Assembly: GCA_034408895.1 (NCBI GenBank)
Contig: JAWXCI010000001.1
Span: forward strand, 16,638 to 80,637
From: Flavobacteriales bacterium
GTDB taxonomy: Bacteria > Bacteroidota > Bacteroidia > Flavobacteriales_D > Sanyastnellaceae
Direction of reading: 5' to 3'
Length of the DNA stretch: 64,000 nucleotides
The translations under genes were made by a program, and so were the position numbers. Of this stretch, positions 20,107 to 27,969 are shown one piece after another; the stretch's first letter is position 1, and every line of letters starts with the position of its first letter. Below the pieces are notes generated by a model. It searched no databases. It saw only the letters and a list, made by a program, of their open reading frames with translations, and was not told where the DNA came from.

Positions 20107-21324
20107 ATGAAAATCATTCCGTTCAAAGCGGTGAGGCCAACGCGTGACAAAGTTCATCTTGTAGCCTCGCGCTCCTACGTCACTTACACCACGAGACAAC
20201 TGCGCGAAAAACTTCATCACAATCCCTATTCATTTCTTCACATCATCCATCCTGACCTCGGTGCCAAGAAGTTGCATAAACTTGAGAACAATTCTTCGCG
20301 CTTCGAGTTGGTGAGAAAAAAATACCTTGAGTTTGTTGCCGAGGGAATTCTGCGGAGAGATGACAAGCCTTGCTTTTATCTCTACCGGCAAACAAAAAAC
20401 TATCATGCTTTCACAGGATTGATTGCGGGAGTTTCGCTTGGTGATTACCTCGATGGAAAAATCAAGGTTCACGAACAAACACTTTCTAAACGCGAAACTA
20501 TTTTTACAGAATACCTGGAAGTGACCGGCATTAATGCCGAGCCGGTGTTGCTCACTCACCAACATTCGCCTGCACTTGAAAAAATATTTTCCAACTATCT
20601 CTCCATGCCTGCCGAGTATGATTTCACTCAAACCACTAGGGCAAGGCACCAGTTGTGGCCAATAGAAAATGAGAAGGACATTCAAGCCATCACTTCATTG
20701 TTCAGGAATGTCAGTTCGTTTTACATAGGTGATGGGCACCACCGAATGGCGAGCAGTGTGCGGCTTATGAAACTACAACAGAAAAAATCATCCCCCATAA
20801 ATGACAACGTAAACCACTGCATGGCTTTTTTGCTGGATGAAAATGATGTGCGAATTTTTGAATTCAATAGGTTAATAAAAGACCTGAATGGAATGAGTGA
20901 AAAACAGTTTGTGGAAAGACTCTCGGAGAATTTTCTGGTGACAGAACAAAAGTCAGAATTCAAACCAATGGAGAAAGGGGAATTCAGTTTGTACCTGCCG
21001 AAGCGTTGGTTCAAACTGTCCGTCAGAAAGCAAAAGAAAAATGTGATTGACTCACAACTCCTGACTGACCTTGTGCTCTCGCCCATTCTTTCCATCCACG
21101 ACTTGCGCACTGATAAACGCATTAGATTTATGGAGGGTCCTAAAGGTTTGACCGGATTGAAACATGCAGTTGACCGCGGGAAATTTGCAGCAGCGTTTTG
21201 TCTTGCACCCATTACTATGGAGGAAATGAAACGCGTGGCAGATTCAGGAAAATTCATGCCCCCGAAGTCCACATGGATTGAACCCAAACTGCGGAGCGGG
21301 ATGGTGGTGTGCGAGTTAACATAG
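20107..21324 (+). CDS. DUF1015 domain protein
   Basis: 405 aa. Contains MKIIPFKAVRPTRDK and YIGDGHHRMASS. Confidence 0.8.
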   Translation: MKIIPFKAVRPTRDKVHLVASRSYVTYTTRQLREKLHHNPYSFLHIIHPDLGAKKLHKLENNSSRFELVRKKYLEFVAEGILRRDDKPCFYLYRQTKNYHAFTGLIAGVSLGDYLDGKIKVHEQTLSKRETIFTEYLEVTGINAEPVLLTHQHSPALEKIFSNYLSMPAEYDFTQTTRARHQLWPIENEKDIQAITSLFRNVSSFYIGDGHHRMASSVRLMKLQQKKSSPINDNVNHCMAFLLDENDVRIFEFNRLIKDLNGMSEKQFVERLSENFLVTEQKSEFKPMEKGEFSLYLPKRWFKLSVRKQKKNVIDSQLLTDLVLSPILSIHDLRTDKRIRFMEGPKGLTGLKHAVDRGKFAAAFCLAPITMEEMKRVADSGKFMPPKSTWIEPKLRSGMVVCELT

Positions 21325-21992
21325 TTCCATTGAGTATTAGCCTGAACATAGAAAACATCAGTAAGCAACTTCCAGATGGAGTCAAACTCATAGCAGTCTC
21401 AAAAACCCATCCTGTGGAAACTATTCTTGAAGCCTACAACGCTGGCCAGAAAGTTTTTGGGGAAAACAGGGTTCAGGAATTGGTGGCCAAGTACGAGGCG
21501 TTACCAAAGGATATCGAATGGCATCTCATCGGTCACCTGCAATCCAATAAGGTGAAATTTATTGCACCTTTTGTAAGCTTGATTCATTCTGTGGACAGCC
21601 TCGCGCTTTTGAAAGAGATAAACAAGTACGCTGCTCAAAGCAATCGCGTATTGGATTGTTTGCTCCAGGTTTTTATAGCGAAAGAAGAAACAAAATTCGG
21701 ACTGGATGAAGATGAACTTTACGGAATTTGTAACTCACATCACGTTGCCGAAATGAAAAACATCCGCGTTCGCGGATTGATGGGAATGGCAACCAATACG
21801 AACAATGAAACGGTTGTGCGCAGCGAATTTCGTTACCTGAAAAATCTTTTCGGGCGAGTGAAATTGAAGTTTTTTGCTGAACAACAATTCTTCAGTGAGA
21901 TTTCTATGGGCATGACCAGCGACTGGAAAATTGCCGTGGAAGAAGGCAGCACAATGGTGAGGATTGGTTCAGCAATTTTTGGACAACGCTGA
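21309..21992 (+). CDS. yggS: YggS-family PLP-binding (PLP homeostasis) protein
   Basis: Contains LIAVSKTHP, HLIGHLQSNK, MGMTSD and VRIGSAIFG. The start is uncertain: GTG 21309 overlaps the previous gene, and TTG 21330 is the alternative. Confidence 0.85.
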   Translation: MRVNIVPLSISLNIENISKQLPDGVKLIAVSKTHPVETILEAYNAGQKVFGENRVQELVAKYEALPKDIEWHLIGHLQSNKVKFIAPFVSLIHSVDSLALLKEINKYAAQSNRVLDCLLQVFIAKEETKFGLDEDELYGICNSHHVAEMKNIRVRGLMGMATNTNNETVVRSEFRYLKNLFGRVKLKFFAEQQFFSEISMGMTSDWKIAVEEGSTMVRIGSAIFGQR

Positions 21993-22018
21993 TGGTCATT
22001 TCTGGTGCAACGAATTCA

Positions 22019-22603
22019 TTAAAACACAAAGCCGATTTTCACTCCTGAGATAATGAAGTAGCCAACATAAGGTTCGAATGCGTTGTAGTTATAATCGTCA
22101 TAATATGGAAGAATTACCTGCGGGTCTTGCTTCTCTTCTCCGGAATTGAAAATTGTCCCAAGGTGCATGTCAAGTGCAATTCTCTCCTTGAATATCGCCT
22201 GAAACCCAACACCCACTGCCGCCCCGAAAGTGTCTTTATCTTTTTCCAGCCAGGAACTGGCCCCGAGCTCGTCATATTCATACCAACTCGCTGTCATGTG
22301 CTGATAGCGAAATAGCGTGAGCAGGTAAAATCCTTCGGGTGCAGGATGTTTCTCCTGGAGATAAAAGCGGTACTCAGGTGAAACAGCAATGCGATCCAGC
22401 AAGTCTGCATTGAACATTTCTGTGGCATCACAATAAAGAAAACTGATTCCAAGTGTGGAGTTGTTATTCAAGACTCTTTCAAAAGAAATAATTCCGGTGC
22501 GGGCAATGGGAGAGTGCAAGTCAATTTTCAGTAGGTTTTTTTGCGCATATAGGTTTAACGTCAGAAGCGTGATTGAAAGCAGCACACAAATATTTTTTTT
22601 CAT
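22019..22603 (-). CDS. Small outer-membrane beta-barrel protein (DUF3575-like)
   Basis: 194 aa with the signal MKKNICVLLSITLLTLNLYAQ. It shows an alternating beta-strand pattern and a C-terminal aromatic residue (..IGFVF). Confidence 0.5.
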   Translation of the reverse strand: MKKNICVLLSITLLTLNLYAQKNLLKIDLHSPIARTGIISFERVLNNNSTLGISFLYCDATEMFNADLLDRIAVSPEYRFYLQEKHPAPEGFYLLTLFRYQHMTASWYEYDELGASSWLEKDKDTFGAAVGVGFQAIFKERIALDMHLGTIFNSGEEKQDPQVILPYYDDYNYNAFEPYVGYFIISGVKIGFVF

Positions 22604-22674
22604 GTTTTCTTATTTCTCTGTTGGGTTAGCGCAAATTGCGGCCATAAATTGTTCAAAGTGATTGCAAGGATACC

Positions 22675-22896
22675 ATGTCAAAAAAGTTTCACCTGATTTA
22701 TTTACTTATTGCCCCTCTGCTGTGGGCGTTTAGCTGGTTCGTGTCGCAGCGCGTTGTGCCACGCGCTCAAGCCATAGGCACAGGCGAAATTGAAGCAGTG
22801 GATCCTAAAATGAGTTGGATGTATGCCTCAATACTTACGGGTGTATACCTGCTTGGGTGGTTCGTTATCCGCGATTTGTACCGGAAAAAAAAGTGA
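22675..22896 (+). CDS. Hypothetical 2-TM small membrane protein
   Basis: 73 aa with two hydrophobic segments (LIYLLIAPLLWAFSWFV and ILTGVYLLGWFVI) and a basic tail. Confidence 0.4.
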   Translation: MSKKFHLIYLLIAPLLWAFSWFVSQRVVPRAQAIGTGEIEAVDPKMSWMYASILTGVYLLGWFVIRDLYRKKK

Positions 22897-23094
22897 TGGG
22901 ATCATCACATCATTCTCGGATCTTCGGTCTGTATTCCGAATTAATCAGCCCATCATCATCTCGAAAAAAATCCCGATATTTATTGGGGACGGGACTTCCC
23001 ACACGATTGGCGTGGTCAGCATCAGCAATTGGTCATATCATCTACTCCCCAGCGTTAAGATCGTCCATCGTCACGTCAGCACATCCACACATCG

Positions 23095-24090
23095 TCACAT
23101 CAAAACGTTTAAAAGCGTTCCCGCTTTCAATTCCGTTTCAGCCCATTCTTTATCGGGGTTGCTGGCTGCGGTTATTCCTCCACCCACGTGCAGTTCGAAA
23201 TGATTATCAAAAACCTGCATGCACCGGAGGTTCACAAAGTAGAGCGCCTCGCGAGTTTTCTTGTTGGTAATCCCCAAATATCCTGTGTAGAGTCTTCGCT
23301 GGTGCTGCTCGTTTTTAAGAATGAATTTTTTTGCAGCATTGCGTGGCAAGCCGCACACCGCTGGCGTGGGGTGCAGAATTTTGAGCAACGATTTTTCACC
23401 CAATGAAGTGGTAAATTCAATTTCGGTTTTCAGGTGAACCATTGCTCCCGACTTTACTTCAGCAGTTTCAGCAACCGAAATTTTATTCACCCCTTTTTTC
23501 TTTAGTGCCGATGTAATAAAATCAGTAACCAGTTTTTGTTCGTGCAATAGTTTTTCATCCCACTCTATTTTTTTAGAAGATTTTCTTCTACCGGTGCCTG
23601 CGGGTTGAGTGCCTGCCAACGAAACAGTTCGGTATGTATTTCCTTTTTTTAGAAGCAGAAGTTCCGGAGACACACCCATCCAGGTACCATATTCCGGGTG
23701 TTTGAGACAATGGATAAGGGAGTTCGGGTGCTGCCGGCATAAATCATCAAAGGTTTTTCCTAACACCAAATCTTTTTTTCGCTTTACCCGCTTCACACGA
23801 GCCAACACCACTTTCTCCAGTTCACCTTTCTTTATTCTTTCAATAGCGAGTTCAACATTTTTCTTGTGCCTAGCTTTGGTGGTAGTTGTTTGAGGTTGGT
23901 TAGTGAAATTTTTGCCGGATGGATGGAACATGAGCTCAAAAGCACCATCGAACAGTCCCTTTTTTGTTGGAAGAAACCAACGGCATTCATCTTCATCGCT
24001 CATACTAACGGGCAATCGGAGAATGGCGAAGTGCGGTAGGGATCGCATTGAAAACTCAACATCGGCAGTGATCGATTCGCGAACAGTCAT
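23095..24090 (-). CDS. menF: Isochorismate synthase
   Basis: 331 aa. Contains HPTPAVCGLP, YTGYLG and VGGGITAASNPDKEWAETELK. Confidence 0.85.
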   Translation of the reverse strand: MTVRESITADVEFSMRSLPHFAILRLPVSMSDEDECRWFLPTKKGLFDGAFELMFHPSGKNFTNQPQTTTTKARHKKNVELAIERIKKGELEKVVLARVKRVKRKKDLVLGKTFDDLCRQHPNSLIHCLKHPEYGTWMGVSPELLLLKKGNTYRTVSLAGTQPAGTGRRKSSKKIEWDEKLLHEQKLVTDFITSALKKKGVNKISVAETAEVKSGAMVHLKTEIEFTTSLGEKSLLKILHPTPAVCGLPRNAAKKFILKNEQHQRRLYTGYLGITNKKTREALYFVNLRCMQVFDNHFELHVGGGITAASNPDKEWAETELKAGTLLNVLM

Positions 24091-24092
24091 CC

Positions 24093-24497
24093 TTACCTTT
24101 TTACCAGAACAGTGAGTCTCGAAATGGCAATCAGGACATCTTGTTCATCCACAATTTCTATGCTCCACACATGCGTGCTTTTTCCCTGGTGAATGATTTT
24201 GGCCTTGCCAGTAACCACACCGCTGCGCTTTGCTTTCAGGTGGTTGATGTTCAATTCAACTCCAACAGTTATTCCGCCTTCATTATGAACCAAAAAATGC
24301 GAACCATAGCTGCCAAGTGTTTCGGCAAGTGCCGCACTTGCACCACCATGCAGCAAGCCATAGGGTTGATGTGTGCGGTGGTCCACAGGCATGGTAGCTT
24401 CCAAATATCCTGTTTCCATTTTAATGAATTCGATACCAAGCGAACCCATAAGCGTGGTAGGTTTCACCGAATTGGCAATTTTCACAGGGTCGTCCAT
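24093..24497 (-). CDS. PaaI/YdiI-type hotdog thioesterase (likely DHNA-CoA hydrolase)
   Basis: 134 aa. Contains LHGGASAALAETLGS and lies directly upstream of menF on the same strand. Confidence 0.75.
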   Translation of the reverse strand: MDDPVKIANSVKPTTLMGSLGIEFIKMETGYLEATMPVDHRTHQPYGLLHGGASAALAETLGSYGSHFLVHNEGGITVGVELNINHLKAKRSGVVTGKAKIIHQGKSTHVWSIEIVDEQDVLIAISRLTVLVKR

Positions 24498-24562
24498 AGT
24501 GAGGCCGAAAGTATTTTAATCTTATGGCAAAATAAATTTTACAATCCGGATAAAGAAGAAAT

Positions 24563-25291
24563 TTGCATCCAAAATTTTCCTGCTTGAATAATTACCGCAT
24601 CCTTCTTGTTGAAGACGAAAAAAATCTGGCTGATACCATAAGGCTGAATCTTGTAATGGAAAACTATACGGTGGTTCACGCTGCCGATGGGCCGGAAGCT
24701 TTGGAGAAATTTCGCTGCCAGGCTTTCGACCTATGTATTATGGACATCATGATTCCTGTAATTGATGGGCTGGCAGTGTGCGAGACCATCCGGCTGGAAG
24801 GCAACACTACACCTGTGCTGTTTCTATCCGCAAAAAGCAGTGGCAAGGAAAGAGTGGAGGGTTTGAAAATTGGCGGGGACGATTATCTGACAAAACCTTT
24901 CAATCTTGAAGAACTTCTGCTTCGCATTGGCAAACTAATACAACGCAGGGGAGAGGAGGGCAAGAAATCGTTGGCCGACCTCGACACGTATTCTTTCGGA
25001 CCGAACCAAATCCATTTCCTCACTTATACCATACGTGGGAAAAACGGCAAGGAACAGGTCATCACCAAAAAAGAAATTATGCTCCTGAAGTTGCTGGTGC
25101 AGCGGCAGGGCGAAGTGGTGAGCCGCGAAGAAATTCTTGAAAAAATTTGGGGGTACGATGTATTTCCCAGCACCCGCACTATTGATAACTACGTGCTGGC
25201 TTTCCGCAAGTACTTCGAACCGGACACCAGGCAACCCCGGTACTTCCATTCCGTCAGAAGTGTAGGATACCGGTTTGTGTCCGGGGATTAG
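24563..25291 (+). CDS. OmpR/PhoB-type response regulator
   Basis: Contains RILLVEDEKNL, the phospho-acceptor context LCIMDIMIP, LTKPF, and the winged helix RTIDNYVLAFRKY..GYRF. Only TTG starts are available (24563 or 24584). Confidence 0.85.
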   Translation: MHPKFSCLNNYRILLVEDEKNLADTIRLNLVMENYTVVHAADGPEALEKFRCQAFDLCIMDIMIPVIDGLAVCETIRLEGNTTPVLFLSAKSSGKERVEGLKIGGDDYLTKPFNLEELLLRIGKLIQRRGEEGKKSLADLDTYSFGPNQIHFLTYTIRGKNGKEQVITKKEIMLLKLLVQRQGEVVSREEILEKIWGYDVFPSTRTIDNYVLAFRKYFEPDTRQPRYFHSVRSVGYRFVSGD

Positions 25292-25404
25292 AAAAAAGTT
25301 TCTTACCACCCAAGGCAACCCACCGAATGTCCACCGTCTTTAAGGCGGTTACGCAGTCTTCCAGGACTGCGTTGGTTTCAAAATTTTCCTTGCAGGTTTA
25401 CAGA

Positions 25405-25433
25405 AAGGGACTCGAAAGAGTCCTTTTTTGTTT
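25405..25433 (+). terminator. Rho-independent terminator (GAAA tetraloop hairpin plus T6)
   Basis: The sequence is aagggactc-gaaa-gagtccttttttg. It lies between the convergent response regulator and rsmG genes. Confidence 0.7.
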
Positions 25434-25464
25434 TAGTGACTTTCGAAAGTGCCAGGATCTGCAC

Positions 25465-26100
25465 TCAATCCATTGGCACATACACCAGCTTCTTCATCTC
25501 AAAAAACTCTCCTTCAAAATCCTTGGACAAATCAAAAACCTGCACCCCTTTTCTCATCGCCCTGAGTTCTTCGCGTAAATCACCACCTTTCAAACAAATC
25601 ATTCCATTGGGCATTGCATTGATATGATTGATACTGATTTTACGGTAGCACCATCTCACTAAATCCGGCAACGGGGCAACAGCACGACTTACCACAAAAT
25701 CAAACTTTCCATTGATATCCTCGGCACGGCCATGAAGCGTTTTGATGTTTTGTAATTGCAGAGCATCGGCAATTTCATTTACAACTTTAATTTTTTTGCC
25801 AATTGAATCTACGAGCATAAAACGCACCTGCGGTTGAACAATGGCTAGCGGGATTCCAGGAAAACCGCCACCAGTGCCAATATCCAGGATGTGAGATCCG
25901 GGTTGAAACAGAAGGAATTTGTGGATGGCTAAACTGTGGAGCACATGCTTCTCATAAAGCGAATCAATGTCCTTGCGGGAAATGACATTGATTTTCGAAT
26001 TCCAGTCAGCGTAAAGCGATTGAAGTTGGGTGAACTGTTCACGTTGCAGTTCAGAAAGCTTAGGGAAATGATCGAAGATGATTTCAACCGAATCTGGCAT
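25465..26100 (-). CDS. rsmG: 16S rRNA (guanine527-N7)-methyltransferase
   Basis: 211 aa. Contains the SAM motif DIGTGGGFPGIPLA. Confidence 0.9.
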   Translation of the reverse strand: MPDSVEIIFDHFPKLSELQREQFTQLQSLYADWNSKINVISRKDIDSLYEKHVLHSLAIHKFLLFQPGSHILDIGTGGGFPGIPLAIVQPQVRFMLVDSIGKKIKVVNEIADALQLQNIKTLHGRAEDINGKFDFVVSRAVAPLPDLVRWCYRKISINHINAMPNGMICLKGGDLREELRAMRKGVQVFDLSKDFEGEFFEMKKLVYVPMD

Positions 26101-26132
26101 TGTCCCTTGCTTATTGCCTTTTGCTCTTTGAA

Positions 26133-26741
26133 TTAATAATTCTCCTTCGTGTTTCTCATCATCTGGAAAAGAAATTCCCTCGCGCGGAAGAGTTGTGCTT
26201 TTACAGTCCCCAGCGGCAGTTCCATCAATTTGGCAATTTCCTCGTAAGCCAGTTCATCGAAGTACCGAAGCTCAACTAGTTTTTTGTACCGGGGCTTGAG
26301 TTTGTCCACAATGTCGCGCATCTTTTTTATTCGTTCTTCCTTTTCAAGCGCTTCGGCCGGATCGAGTATGGCATCTTTAATATTGATTTCGATTACATCG
26401 CCATCAGGTGTTTGAAAACCGTGGTCGAGGGAAAGTGCGCGAATTTTTTTCTTGCGAATCCAGTCAATACAATTGTTCGAAGCAATTTTGAACAGCCAGG
26501 TAGAGAAGGCGAATTGAGGGGTGTATTGCTCCAGCCTGCGAAATGCTTTTCCGAATGCTTCGATGGTTAAGTCATCTGCATCGTCCCTGTTGTTCACCAT
26601 TTTTAGCAGCATGAAATAAATAGGCTCGCGATAGCGCTGCATTAGTTCAGCATAAGCTTTCTGGTCTCCGCTGGTGAGGGCGCGCTGCACAAGTTTGAAA
26701 TCGTGGCGGCCTTTATCGGAAAGGTGTGGGGCTAGTTCCAT
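26133..26741 (-). CDS. ECF-type RNA polymerase sigma-70 family factor
   Basis: Region 2 reads DDADDLTIEAFGKAF..WLFKIASNNCIDWIRKK. Region 4 reads YEEIAKLMELPLGTVKAQLFRAR. Confidence 0.85.
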   Translation of the reverse strand: MELAPHLSDKGRHDFKLVQRALTSGDQKAYAELMQRYREPIYFMLLKMVNNRDDADDLTIEAFGKAFRRLEQYTPQFAFSTWLFKIASNNCIDWIRKKKIRALSLDHGFQTPDGDVIEINIKDAILDPAEALEKEERIKKMRDIVDKLKPRYKKLVELRYFDELAYEEIAKLMELPLGTVKAQLFRAREFLFQMMRNTKENY

Positions 26742-27868
26742 TTCTGTGGTTTAAGTACCAGGTTGGAGGCGTAGAGCCACACCTGGATAAAAATCAGTTG
26801 TAATTCGAGCAGTGGTGCATACCAAAGCAAGTCCTGTTGGTTCATGCGCTTGGATGCCCGGTGCAAAATAGCAATCTGCGTAGCATAGCGAATAAAAAGC
26901 ATGGCTGCCAGCACCAACATCATTCTTTGCATAGCCATGCTTCCGGCAAATCCGGCAAGCATCATAACAAAACTGAGTGGCCACAGGGCCAGCAGTTTTT
27001 TGTGAAGTGGCCGATAGCGCGGTGCAGTAGTGAAATGTCTGCGTTTCTGGGTGAACCATGATCCCCATGTTTTTTTCGGTTCTGAAATGGTATGACTTAA
27101 GGGTGATAGCTGCACCACTGTATTTCTATCGTTGGCGGCATGGTTCACAAAGAGGTCATCATCGCCACTGGCCAGGTGGTAGTGCGCTCGAAATCCTCCC
27201 ATCCTGAAAAAAAGTTCTTTGTTGTATGCAAGGTTTCTTCCCACACCCATGTAGGGAATGCCGGCTTTCGCAAAACCGAAATATTGCATCCCGATCATCC
27301 ATGCATCGAACCGGATAAGTTGGTTGAGCAATCCTTTATGCTTTGCGTAAGGGCTGAATCCAAGAACAATTTGTTTTTTTTCACCGAGAGCCCCGGTCAT
27401 TTTTCGCAGCCATTGGTTGGATGCCGGAATACAATCCGCATCGGTCAAAAGAATGAGGTCATGCTTTGCTGCTTTGATGCCCAGCGTAAGTGCAAATTTT
27501 TTCCCTCCCATGCTTTGTTTCTCTTCATCAAGATTTACCACATGAAGGTTGGAATACTTTAGGGAGAGTGCTTTCAGTACGGTTTGGGTATCGTCCCACG
27601 AACTATCGTTTACCACCACCACTTCAAAATTTTTGTAGTCCTGGTTCATGATGTGGGGGAGATGTTCCATCAGGCTGCGTTCTTCGTTTTTCGCACTGAT
27701 GACTACGGAAACGGGAGGTTCATGACTTGTAGAAATTTTCCTGTCGCGGTGTCTCGAAACACGCAGCAGGAAGTAGAGCCAGTAAAACATTTGTATAAGC
27801 CAGGCAGTGGTGAAGAGTGCCAGCCAGAAAATGGATAAGGAGTCCCACTGCAAAAAATTCTCTAACAT
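26732..27868 (-). CDS. Family 2 glycosyltransferase (membrane-anchored)
   Basis: Contains VSVVISAKNEE and LLTDADCIP, with N- and C-terminal TM segments. It overlaps the sigma factor start by 10 nt. Confidence 0.8.
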   Translation of the reverse strand: MLENFLQWDSLSIFWLALFTTAWLIQMFYWLYFLLRVSRHRDRKISTSHEPPVSVVISAKNEERSLMEHLPHIMNQDYKNFEVVVVNDSSWDDTQTVLKALSLKYSNLHVVNLDEEKQSMGGKKFALTLGIKAAKHDLILLTDADCIPASNQWLRKMTGALGEKKQIVLGFSPYAKHKGLLNQLIRFDAWMIGMQYFGFAKAGIPYMGVGRNLAYNKELFFRMGGFRAHYHLASGDDDLFVNHAANDRNTVVQLSPLSHTISEPKKTWGSWFTQKRRHFTTAPRYRPLHKKLLALWPLSFVMMLAGFAGSMAMQRMMLVLAAMLFIRYATQIAILHRASKRMNQQDLLWYAPLLELQLIFIQVWLYASNLVLKPQKWN

Positions 27869-27969
27869 CAGTATTCAGAAAAAGGCGGGCAAAAGTATTT
27901 GTGCATGGCAGGGCGCAGAAAACAAAAGACCGCAGAGGGCGGTCTAGTTATTCACATGTTCTGTTTGAA

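Noticed and set aside
19601-21368. Antisense ORFs of 154, 151 and 215 aa opposite serA and the DUF1015 gene
   Set aside because: The sense frames carry strong family motifs. The antisense products are Ser/Arg/Cys-rich with no recognisable features.
22071-22079. A ggttcgaat T-loop-like string, considered as a hint of a tRNA
   Set aside because: It lies inside the DUF3575-like CDS and lacks the rest of a cloverleaf. I found no tRNA-like structure in any intergenic region I read.
22815-23270. Overlapping plus-strand ORFs of 151 and 126 aa spanning the convergent spacer and the menF 3' end
   Set aside because: They overlap the menF coding sequence in antisense. Their products are compositionally odd (His/Ser/Arg/Cys-rich) and have no support from context.
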